Assembly (NCBI RefSeq): GCF_009914755.1
Contig: NC_060930.1
Strand: one strand, 5' to 3'
Source of the DNA: the human T2T-CHM13v2.0 reference genome, Homo sapiens
Length of the DNA stretch: 64,000 nucleotides
Below the pieces are notes generated by a model, which did no database searches, was not told where the DNA came from, and saw nothing but the letters and a program-made list of their open reading frames with translations. This document shows, piece after piece, positions 12,425 to 24,402 of the stretch (position 1 is its first letter; each line of letters starts with the position of its first letter). The position numbers were made by a program, and so were the translations under genes.

Positions 12425-12497
12425 TGTTTCCGTTGAGTTTCAAATAGAGGACCTTCCATGTGTTAGGCCAGCGTGGTAACGACTACACCATAGAAAC
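12425..12497 (-). pseudogene. tRNA-Val(AAC) pseudogene
   Basis: 73 nt GTTTCTATGGTGTAGTCGTTACCACGCTGGCCTAACACATGGAAGGTCCTCTATTTGAAACTCAACGGAAACA, colinear with tRNA-Val. Anticodon and T stems mispaired, D-loop GG lost. Confidence 0.88.
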
Positions 12498-12549
12498 CCT
12501 TTGCATCACAGGCTTTTTATATTTTGAGATGAGCATTAAATACTGGTTT

Positions 12550-15500
12550 TTACAATTTTTTTAGTTGACAAGTACAAAATGTATATATTTATGATGTACA
12601 ACATGATGTTTTCATATATGCATACATTGTGGAATGGTTAACTCGAGCTAATTAACGTATCTATTACTTAGTGTGTGTGTGTGATGGGAACACTTAAGTC
12701 TACTCTTTTAGCAACTATAAAGTACAGAATACACTTATTATTAACTGTAGTCACCATACGGCACAGTAGATCTGACCTTATTCCTCCTGTTTAACTGAAA
12801 TTTTGTGTCCTTTGACAAACATCTCTCTAATTCCATTCCTACCTCCCATCTCCTCCCCTAGCCCCTGGTAACTACCATTCTACTCTCTGCTTTGATGAGT
12901 TTGACGTTTTTAGAGTTCACATTTAAGTGAGATCGTGCAGTATTTGTCTTTCTGCGCCTGGCTTATTTCACTTAACACAATGCCCTCCAGGTTCATCGAC
13001 ATCGAAAATGACAGGATTTCTGTTTTTTAAAAGACTGAATAGTATTTCATTGTGCAGTTGTAATATTTTCTTTATCCATTCATCTGCTGATAGACGCTTA
13101 GGTTGATTCAGCTACTTTAGTAGTAATTCTGCAATGAACATGAGAGTGCAGGTATCTCTTCAATAGCCCGATTTTTGAACATATACCCAGAAGTGGGATT
13201 GCTGGATCATATGATAGTGCTCTTTTTAGTTTTTTGAGGAACTGCTGTACAAAACAGCTGCACTAATTTACATTCCTACCAACAACGTACAAGGATTCTC
13301 TTTTCTCCACATTCTTGCCAACACCTGTTATCTTTTGCCTTTTTGATAGCAGCCATTTTAACAGGTGTGGTTTTGATTTGCATGTGCCTGATGATAAATG
13401 ACATTAAGCAAGTTTTCATATGCCTGTTGGCAATGTGTCTTCCTTTGAGAAATGTCTATTAAGGTCCTTTCTCCATGTTTTAATTGGGTTATTTGTTTTC
13501 TTGCTATTGAGTTGAGTTCCTGATGTATTTTTTATATCAACCACTTACAGAAGTATGGTTTGCAAATATTTTCTCCCAATCTATCGGTTGTCTCTTCACT
13601 GTTGATTTTTTTTGGGGGGGGGGCTGTGCAGAAGTTCTTTAGTTTCATGTAATCTTATTTATCTATTTTTGTCTTTTTGCTTTTGGGGGGGTTCATATCC
13701 AAAAAATCATTGCACAGACCAATGTTATGGAGCATTCCCCATATGTTTTCTTCTAGAAGTTTTAGAGTCTCACATCTTATGTTTGTCTTCAATCAATTTT
13801 TAGTTGATTTTTGTATGTGGTATGAGATAAGGGCCTCCTATCATTTTTCTGCATGTAGATATCCAGTTGTCCCAACACCATTTATTGAAGAGACTATCCT
13901 TTCCTCATTATGTGTCTAGGCACGTCTGTCAAAAATTAATTGACTATAAATGTGTGGATTTATTTCTGCCCTCTCTATTCTGTTCCACTGGTTTATATGT
14001 CTGTTTTTCCACCAGTACTATGCTGTTTTGATTGCTATATATTTGTAGTATATTTTTAAAGTCAGGTAGTATGATGCCTCCAGTTTTGTTTTTGCTCAAG
14101 ATTGCTTTGGCTATTTGGGGCCTTTTGTGCTTCCATATGAATTTTAAGGGTTTTTTTTTTCTATTTCTGTGAAAAATGTCATTGGGATTTTGATAGAGAT
14201 TGCGCTGAATCTGTAGATCACTTTGGGGGGGTATGGATGTTTTAATAATATTAATTCTTCCAATCTATAAACACAGGATATCTTTCCATTTGTGTCTTCC
14301 TCAATTTCTTTCATCAGTGTTTAATAGTTTTCAGTATACAGACCTTTCACCTCCTTGGTTAAATTTATTTCTAAGTATTTTTTGTAGCTACTGTAAATGG
14401 GATCTTTAAAATTTTTTATTTTGGTTAGGTTGCCATTAGTGTATAGAAATGCTAGCTTTTGTATGTTGATTTTTGTATGTTGTTTTGTATTCTGCAACTG
14501 TACTGAAATTGTTTTTTATTTCTAACAGTTTTGATTTTTGGTGAGTTTTTTAGGGTTTTCTATATATAGGATTATGTCATCTACAAACAGGGACAATTTA
14601 ACTTCTTCCTTTCTAATTTGGATGTCTTTTATTTCTTTCTCTTGCCTAATTGCTCTGGCTAGGACTTCCAGTACTATGTTAAATAGAAGTGGCAAGAGTG
14701 GATATCCTTGTCTTATTCCTGATCTTAAAAGGAAAGCTTTCAATTTTTTTCCCCACTGAGTATGATGTTAGATGTGGGTTTGTCCTATAAAGGCCTCTAT
14801 TGTGTTAAGGTACATTCCTTCTATACCTAATTTTTGAGAGTTTTTAATCATGAAGGAATGTTAAATTTTGTCAAATGCTTTCTCTGCATCTATTGAGATG
14901 ATGAGATGGTTTTTGTCTTTCATTCTGTTAATACGGTGGATCACACATTTACAGATTTGTATAAGTTGAACCATCTTTGTATCCCTGTGATAAATCCTGC
15001 TTGATCATGGTAAATAATTGTTTAAATGTGCTGTTGAATTCAATTCGCTAGTATTTTGTTGAGTATATTTGCATACATGTTCATCAGGGATATTGGTTTG
15101 TAATTTTTTTTTCTTTGTAGTGCTCTCCTCAGGCAATGGGTTCACGGTAATGCTGGCCTTGTGAAATGTGTTTGGGAGTATTTCCTCTACTTCAGTTTTT
15201 TGAAAGAGATCGAGAAGAACTGGTATTTCCTCTTTAAATGTTTCATCAAATTCAGCAGTGAAGTTGTCAGGTCCTAGGCTTTTCTCTGATGGTAGATTTA
15301 TCACTGATTTAATCTCCTTACTTGTTTTTGCTCTGTTCAGAGTTTCTGATTCTGTCTTGCAAGTTGCATGTGTCTAGGAATTTATCCAGTTTTTAGGTTA
15401 TCCAATTTGTTGGCATATAATTGTTCATAGTAGTTTTTAAATAATCCTTTGTATTTCTGTGGTAACAGTCGTTACCTCTTCAATTCATTTCTGATTACAT

Positions 15501-16930
15501 TTCTGATTTTATTTGAGTCTTTGCATTTTTTTTCTTAATCAGTCTAGCTAAAGGTTTGTAAATTTTATTTACCTTTAAAAAAAATTCTTAGTTTGGTTGG
15601 TCTCTTTATTTTTTCTATCTTCTGTTTACTTCTTCTGATCTTTATCATTTCCGTCTTCCTACTAACTTTGTAACTAGCTTAGTTGATTGTTTTTCCAGTC
15701 CTTGAGGTGTAATGGATGCTAGGTAGTCTATTTGTGATCTTTCATCTTTTTTGATGAAAACTCTCTTAGAACTGCTCTTGTATCCTGTAAGTTTTGGTAT
15801 ATTGTATTTCCATTTTCATTTGTCCCAAAGTAATTTTTCAATTTCCCTTATGATTTCTTCTTTGACCCATTGGTTGTTCAGGAGCATGTTGTTTAATTTC
15901 CACATAGTTGTGAATTTTCAAAAATTCCTCCTGTTGTTGATTTCTTGTTTCATGCCATTGTGGCCAGAAAGGATACTTGATATGATTTCAGTCTTCTCAA
16001 ATTTGTTAAGACTCATGTTGTGGCCTTATCTATGGCCTGTCCTGGAGAGTGTTTCATGTGCACCTGACCAGAATGTGTATTCTGGCTAGGACTTCCAGCA
16101 CCATGTTAAATAGAAGTGACATTCTACTGTTGTTGGGTGGAATATTCTGTATATGTCTGTTAGGTCCATTTAGTCTAACGTATATATCAAGTCCAATATT
16201 TTCTATTGATTTTCTCTCTGGATGATCTGTTCATAGTTGAAAGTGGGGGACTGAAGTCCCCTCATATTATTCTATTGCAGTCTATCTCTTTCTTTAGATC
16301 TATGAATATTTGCTTTCTATATTTAGGTGCTCTAATGTTGGGTGCATATAAATTGATAATTGTTATATCCTGTTGATGAATTGACCTTTTTATCATAATA
16401 TAAAGATCCCTTTCTCTCTTTTCACAATTTTTGACTTTAAGTCTACTTTATCTGATATAAGTATATCTGCTCTCTTTTCATTTCCATTTGCACAGAATGT
16501 CTTTTCCCATCTCTTCACTTTCAATCTGTGTGTCCTTAAAGGTGAGGTGAATTTCTTGTAGGCAGCATACAGTTGGGTCTTTTTTGGGATATATTTTTAA
16601 TAATCCAGTTAGCCATTCTATATCTTTGTATTGAAGAATTTAATCCATTTACATGACGGCAATTATTGGCAGTTAAGGACATAGTATTGACATTTTGTTA
16701 AGTATTTTCTGGTTGTTTTTTAGGGTTTTTTGTTCCTTTCTTCCTCTCTTGCTGTTTTGATTGGTGATTCAATTATTTTCTGTGGTAGTATGCTGTTATT
16801 TGTTTCTCTTTATCTTTTGTGGATTTACTATAGGTTTTTGTCTCGTGGTTATCGTGAGGTTTACCTAAAACATTTTATAATTATATAATTATAACCGGCT
16901 ATTTTAAACTTATAACAACTTAAATTTCAA
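12550..16930 (-). mobile_element. L1MA-family LINE, ~4.4 kb 5'-truncated (ORF2 remnant plus 3' UTR)
   Basis: L1MA-type 3' end (gtacaacatgatgttttcatatatgcatacattgtggaatgg). Minus-strand ORF fragments carry L1 RT motifs ([41 protein letters not shown]). Confidence 0.92.
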
Positions 16931-18724
16931 TCCCTGTTTATGTATTTCATATGTAGTCACATAACCATACCATATAAGTGAATAGCAAAAAACCAGAAAT
17001 GTATTACAGAAAGGTGGCAAGGGGCAAGGCCATATTAAAGAGAAGAAATAAAAATAGATATAGCTGAGAAATGAAGATGAAGATGGCACACAGGACAGAA
17101 AGAACAGTGATGGTATAGAAATCTTTCAGTGTGTATTGTGGGACATACCTATTTAATTGGTGGGTGTGTGTGTGTATGTTTGTAAAATGCGTATTGATGG
17201 AAATAGTGTTGGGAAAGCCTAGACATTTGCAGATATATTGAGGAGAGGATTAACTCCAGGCGGGTGGCTTATGTAATCGAAGCAACATTTTAGGAAGAGG
17301 ATTTTAGTTGTGAAGTTTAAAGAGGTTGGAATTGGAGAGAAAGCGAAATAAATTATTAAAAAAATTAAGGATCCAGGTTCATCCTCATTTATTCTGTCAG
17401 GTCCTGAGGTCAACAGCATGAGTCTTTCTTCATCATCAGCGCCTAATTCAAAATACACTCTAAATAAATGTTGTAGAATGGATGAAAGAACAGACAAATG
17501 AGAAAAGAATATTCTGGAGAGGTTGTATAAGAAGGCTCTACAGTATCTATAAAAACCCTAAGTATAAAGATTTGAGGGAGGAGAAGTCAAGGGCAATTGG
17601 GAGTTTTGAACCTGGGTGGCAGACACAAAAGAGATTCTGAATTAATGTCTGATAAATAGAAGAACTATTCCACTTATTCAGAGGTTCAAATGTAGATAGT
17701 AATGGATGTTGGGGTTTTTGGTTCTTTCTTCATTGGGCATGTACAGGTTGGGCTTGGCAATTATTTCACTAACACTCCAAGTAAAGGACTGTAAAAGGTA
17801 AAGAAAACCAAGAGAATGCAGGCTGCATTACAGAGGGTTGGAGCAGACATCCATTCCCCATACTCTGGGCCCAAAATAAGGTTATTTTAGTGGTGATGGG
17901 AAGAGCTTTTTGCTAATTGAGACTGAGATTTATGTGGAGATTTAGCCTCAAAAATAAGAAAGGCTGGTATCTGACACTGGAGATGACAGACAGAGAGAAA
18001 GCCAGAGTCAGGGAATGAAACATTTGGCATAAACTAAATCCTTAGAAAAAAGTCTCACAGGCAGATCAGGAATACGGTGTATGTGGCAGCAGGCAGTTAA
18101 CTGTGGTTATTTCCATCTGCCTTGGGCCTCACCTTTGCAGTACTCTGTCTACTGTGTAATGTGATAACATCCAGGGAAAATTCCTCTGGATAACCTACTA
18201 AATTACAAACAGAAGAAATGAGGACATTTTTCAAGGTCACACATGAAACCTGGTAGATTTTTTTTCTGTAAGTGCACAGTGAGCTGGAGATTGACCTAAT
18301 CATGCAATAAATGCTCAGCAGAAAATGCTGTAAAGCAATTCCTTCCTCATCAGTCCTCAGAATCTGGTGAGGGTGAGCTAGAAGGGAAGGGCAGGAAGGT
18401 CATGATCCACACTGAGCTGAGCAGTGGGACTGTCTCTGCATTTCACCTCAGGGAAAAGTCTGCTTCACTTTGAGCCTATGCCTTAGAGACACCAAGGAAC
18501 TGGAAATGGAGTTTCCTTGATTGCTTGGGACTTTGGTGTGCAGTCTCGAGGCTTGAGAAAAAAGAACATTTTCATATTTGGCTCTGCCGTCAGTCTGGTA
18601 AGTGGGGTACTCTATTGGCTCATCTTCTGGCTGCCCACAGAGGCCCAGACCCCAGCTGTCAGCCTCTGAACTCCGCCACTTTTGCTCCAGACCCAGAAGA
18701 GTGGACTCATTTTCAACACTGAGG

Positions 18725-18935
18725 CCACAACTCAAATGTCACTGTCTCAGAGAGCCCTTCTTTGACCTCTCCAGCTGAATCAATGTCCTGTCTCTCTCTC
18801 CATCTTTTAAATAAAATTTTTAATAAATTGGAAAACATATTAAATTATTGTTTTATTTTCTATCTCTCCCCTAGAATATAAGCTTCTTGAAAAGCTGACA
18901 ATCTAGATCCCCCAGTTTATACCCAGTGTCTACAG
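18725..18935 (+). mobile_element. L2 3' fragment
   Basis: ctcaaatgtcactgtctcagagagcccttctttgacc and tctcccctagaatataagcttcttga resemble the L2 3' end. Confidence 0.5.
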
Positions 18936-19275
18936 TTATGATAATACTTTTCTTGTATTTTCCTGTTCAGAAATCAGTGACATGCAGAGGGAAAGCTTTC
19001 TTCTGTGTGTTTTCTTTCACAGGGTAAGTTCAAAAAGAATTCTTAAACCAAGATAAGATGGCAAGCTGTGAGCCTTTCTGGTTTTCTGGAATGAGCAAGA
19101 TAATTAGCCACAGGTGAAAATAAGCAAGATTCGTCTACCCATGAAGATTTTGCAAAGTTATTTCCACTTTGTAATCATAAAGTATGCCCTTTTGAGCTCT
19201 TACTGGTTTGATGAAAAGGCAATTGGCATGACAAATTTGTAATAAGTAGAAGTCATCAGCTTTTCCCAGTGGCCT

Positions 19276-19343
19276 GTCATGATCCTATAGTGGTTAGTAT
19301 TCTGCCTTGTGGCTGCAACATCTGTGGGAATCTGAATATGACA
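19276..19343 (+). pseudogene. tRNA-His(GTG) pseudogene
   Basis: GTCATGATCCTATAGTGGTTAGTATTCTGCCTTGTGGCTGCAACATCTGTGGGAATCTGAATATGACA aligns with tRNA-His GCCGTGATCGTATAGTGGTTAGTACTCTGCGTTGTGGCCGCAG. B-box TTC is deleted. T6 run at 19360-19365. Confidence 0.85.
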
Positions 19344-20149
19344 GTCTGAAGTCGACTGCTTTTTTAATTAATCCCAGAAACTAATTCTAAGGCTTTAATG
19401 CGGAGCTAGGTTTTGTGTTATTTAGAACATATATAAAGAAAACCTTCTTTGACTCCTTTCTAGGCACTGATTATCAAACCAGACAAGAATGAGAAAGCAT
19501 GAATTTTTACAATCCATTATCCTTCAGCTTCCCTTTTCTTTCCATCTCCACTCAAGGTGGTATCCACAGTTACATTTAAAAATGAGGAGCTATCAAGATG
19601 CCTTGCTCAAAGGTATTTGCAAAGTCTCAGAAGAATAAAACAACAGGTTTTGAAGGTGAATTAACAATGATTTTGTTTTCTGAGAGTGTGCATAGGATTG
19701 AATTCCAGGAGTAAAGCTGCGAGAGAGGCCAGCTTTTTAGGAAGGGCTTTGAATGTCAGGATAAAATGTTTAAGCACTGTAAGCAAAGTTTGCTGGTAAA
19801 TGAATTTAGGAGAGACTGTAACTGAATTTGCATTTCAGTACCATTCCAATAGGGCACAGAGTTGAGAATTGAGTGCAAAGATCATGAGGAAGGTCAGGGT
19901 ATTACCATAATGGTCTAGGCAGAGAAAGTATACATCTTTAATAGGGCAAGACAATGGAGTTAGACACCTTCATTCATTCAACAAATCTTTATGTGGGGGC
20001 ATATGGCATGCCCCTAGGCTCTGGGGATGCTGAGTGCCTGTCTGAGGATTCAGCCACTGAATGGTTGCTAGATGGCATTGACCCATGGGTCACGAGTATG
20101 AGGCGCTTTAAAAATTTAATCTCATGTGGAATTACATGGGGAGATTCCA

Positions 20150-20530
20150 AGGAACCACTTGCGCTGGTGCGTCCGCGGCCGTCGCGAGGCGTCCGTCCTT
20201 CCCCGAGGGCGAGCTCCGGGCAGGCAGGGACTCGCCACCCGCAGCCCTGGAGCCGGGCCGTGAGCGCCTGCGCGGCGCTGGGTCGCTGTCCAGGAGATGT
20301 CTGCGCGGGAGACCCAGCTAAGCCTTGTGCGGCTACCTCCTCCTGGCTGATCCCAACCCGGTCCCCCAGCCACTCGATAGAAACACGATTCACATCGTCC
20401 CCGTTCCTGAGTGAAGGTCTCGTCTCCCACGACCTGCTTCGCCTCGCTCGTGATGATTTCCTACACTTGACTAGGGTTCCCGGTGCATTCGGCCCTCCCT
20501 CCTTAAGCTTCTGTCCTCTATCCGTTATGA
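20150..20530. promoter_or_regulatory. CpG island (candidate promoter/regulatory element)
   Basis: Abrupt GC- and CpG-rich stretch (gcgtccgcggccgtcgcgaggcgtccg, gcgcctgcgcggcgc) in an AT-rich background. No repeat family recognised. Confidence 0.75.
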
Positions 20531-22367
20531 AATCGTGTAACTTGTTTGGTGTGAACTGAGACAGCTGAACTTCGGAAGAAATTAGGCAGGATTCCCTGAA
20601 AAATGTGTGTGTGTGAGTGTGTGATTATATATATATAACTGCTCCTTGCGGAGCAGGGCTAATCAGGTAGCGTGCCCAGAGTAATCAAAATTTTTGTTAA
20701 TTCTCAGGAGGGAGCATTAAAACAAAGAGCCAAAAGTTCTAAAACGGGGGACTTTTCACTCGAAATGGGCTGATGCAGAAGATACCATTAGTCAATTTGT
20801 ACCAGATTCTTGATTTATTCCCTTGTAAATCTTTTCCAGCCTTCTTCACCTTCCTCCACCCAATCTTTCTCAGGTGTGTTATGATCCAACAAGGGTAATA
20901 ATGCAAGTTTTATGAAGATCTCCTTATAAAGAAAAGGTTTCGGAAATACTGCTTTCTGTTTACTTTTTGATATGTGGATGATAAACAACACCCCATCTTT
21001 CCAGAACACAAGGAGGGGGCGACTTCAAGCTAGCAGTTGAATCAGGAATCTTCTGATACATTATGCTTTGCATCATTGGCTCTGCTTAAGTCAACATGGT
21101 TTTTCAAAAAAATTGTTTTGTGTTAAATTTTATTTGTAAAACTTTCTACCAAATAAAGATGTGCAGATTAAATAAAATTTCTAAATGTGGTTGATAGCAC
21201 TTGGCCTCCCTGCCATTTGTCTGCTCTCAGCTTTCCAGCTGAAAAAAATGAAAAGATTCATGGTCTTCTTGAAGTGTCATTAGTTCAATTTCCTGCCAGC
21301 CTCGGGTCCTTGACCTCAGTGGTGAGGAACGTGAAAGCAGCAGATGATGGAGATTTTAGGATTTTGTTGCTTGAAAAGGAAACCAGGTGTCAGGGACCGG
21401 TATGAACAAATGAAATAACAGAAACACTGGCAAATCCTATCAGGCTACTCATTCTCAAGAGTAGTGTTCCTTTCTGTACTTTTAGTGTACAGAGTATTCA
21501 TCTCAATTGTGACTTTTATCAGAATTGTAAACAGCTGTTTGCTCAACTGTCTTCCCTACTCCATTGTAATATTCCTTGAGGGCAGCACATTCAGTGTCTA
21601 CAAAAACTAATTTTACCTTAAAATTCTGCACACATGCATGTAGGGTTGAGTGAGAAAAAATGCTTGCAAGAATCAGGAAAAAGTTTTAACTTGTAAAACA
21701 GGTAGGCTCACAGGTGTATGATCCTATGCTATTCCAACCCATATGTTTAAATGAGAAAACAGCGGACTGCTATATACAAAAGTGGTTTTCTGGGTTCTCG
21801 GATATAATAACTTTGCGGCTCACAATGGCTCTTATATCCTTAAGGCAGGAGAGAGTTGGGGCTGGGCATGTGTCAATTAAATCTAAAGCCACTGACAGAC
21901 CATAGGGCTAGGCTGGAGCCAGTGGCTGAGAAGTTGGCCTCCTAAGTGAGGAGAATGTCTAATTTGCTGACAGGAAAGCAAAAGCTCAGTGAACCAAGTG
22001 CACGCCAGACAGACATTTTTCATACCTTTTATATGGCTGGTTTGAGTTAATGCCAGTGATTAGGATTTAGAACACATAACCCACCAAACTTCTTTATGAA
22101 ATATTTAGCACAAAGATCTCTACATTACTGGAAAAAACTCAGGAAACTCTTAGCAATAGCTCCACAACATTAAAAACACTCAACTGGCTTTTAAAAAGTA
22201 AATTTATTACCACACATAATAAGTCCAGAGAGTAGAGAGATTCCATCATGTCATCAAGACCCATGATAAATCTTTAAATATTTTGATTTTTTTGAACTTT
22301 ACACTCTGTTACTCTCAATATATGGGTCTCATACTTTGGCCGGTTCCTCTGCAGTGCCTCAAACTCT

Positions 22368-23101
22368 GTCCCCTGAGCAGAAAGCCGGGGCTGTATTTAC
22401 CCAAGTGGCTCTGCGCTGCACTTTTCATAATTGTCTCACATTTAGGACAAAGCTGCAGGTAGAAACAGGGAGAAAAGAGCAGTTGTATATGTCCCTTGGT
22501 TTCACAGCTCCTCAAAGAAACAGAGAATTAATTACATGGTAGATCTACACTATACTGAATGCCAAGAGGGAGCCATCACCAGCCCTCTATTATTGCTGCT
22601 CCTACGTCTTGAACCAAAGCAGCATCCTGTTCTCAGACACTAACTTGGGTTTGGAGACCTGAGTGTTTGGAGACACGATGTCTAAATAATAAAGCTTGGA
22701 GAATGTGGGCATCGATCCCACTACCTCTTGCGTGCTAAGCAAGCGCTCTACCACTTGAGCTAATTCCCCACATCAGGGCAGCATTATTTATTGTTAGCAG
22801 GTGGCCTGGAACACAGGTGATTTCAGGGCCTTCAGCAGGAAAGCAGGGCTCTAAGAGCAGATCTTCTCATTGATGGGCCAGGGCAAACAGCAGTGGCTAC
22901 TCATTGTCTGCAAAGAAGGAGGAGAAAAGGGAACAAGGAGAAAGTCACAACGGGAAAACTTCACGCTGCCAAAATGCCAAGTTTAGAGTATTCCGGGACA
23001 GAAAAGGGCACGTCCTAGCAAAGGAGGACCTGTCTAGACATGCCCAGGTAAAGCATCACAGATTTTTAAAAAATGATTAAATACTTAAAAATGATTAAAT
23101 G

Positions 23102-23148
<47 letters not shown>

Positions 23149-23160
23149 ATAAAAGTGGGA
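22368..23160. repeat. Partial module copy (unit 4: Ala gene and immediate flanks)
   Basis: Aligns with 4248-5040 and ends at a GGGA junction. Confidence 0.9.
22697..22769 (-). tRNA. tRNA-Ala, anticodon AGC (copy 2; U16, C38)
   Basis: 73 nt GGGGAATTAGCTCAAGTGGTAGAGCGCTTGCTTAGCACGCAAGAGGTAGTGGGATCGATGCCCACATTCTCCA. Intact cloverleaf. Confidence 0.95.
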
Positions 23161-23805
23161 CCAGAAACAATTGTAACTGTCTTGCTGCTTTTTTTCCTCT
23201 TGTGGCCCAGTCATCTAGCTTTTCCCTTCTTCAGAGATCTTAGTCACTCTTCTTTTCCGCAGTCTCCTTTGTTGATAAGAAACAGAGGCGGTGCTCAATT
23301 CATGATAGTTCACTGAGTGACCAACTGAATGAAGGAAGGAAGAAATAGCCTTCCAAGGTGTCTCCCATTCATACTACTCTTACTGTGTATCTACACTTGC
23401 ATCTCTATGACTGGAGACATTCACTCAACAAAAAACATAAACTGAACTTATAATCATATCCTCCCTGTTTTTTCCCCAATTTTTTGTGCCATGAATTATA
23501 CTAGGAGACTTAGGGAGTTTACTTGATGTAGTCTGACTGAATTTTGCCAAAAAAACTGTCTTAGTCTGCACTTTATGCACTTTTTAGAAGTAATAGAGGC
23601 TCAGATAAGTTAAGTGTTCCTAAGGTGCCAAAGCTGCTAAGTGGGAAAGCCTGAACTAAGAAGCAGATATTTTTAGATTTTAAATGTGATTTTTTCCCTC
23701 TGTACCAGCTCAGTTATTCTGCCCGTTCTTTTGCACTTTAGCTCACTCATTCATACAACAAATATCTAATTCCAAACCTCTTCCTTACTTACTTTTTGGG
23801 CTTAA

Positions 23806-24402
<597 letters not shown>

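Larger units (their letters stand above)
11450..17700. repeat. Old diverged module copy (unit 3: Ala relic - Val relic - L1MA - B'')
   Basis: 11450-12540 aligns with 4140-5230. 16950-17700 aligns with flank B (e.g. agacacaaaagagattctgaattaat). Confidence 0.75.

Noticed and set aside
11958-12479. 173-aa ORF between the tRNA pseudogenes
   Set aside because: Non-ATG start, no homology recognised, and the sequence is paralogous to a non-coding tRNA spacer.
19954-20559. 201-aa ORF across the CpG island
   Set aside because: No recognisable domain. It begins in L2-like sequence, and GC richness explains the open frames on both strands.
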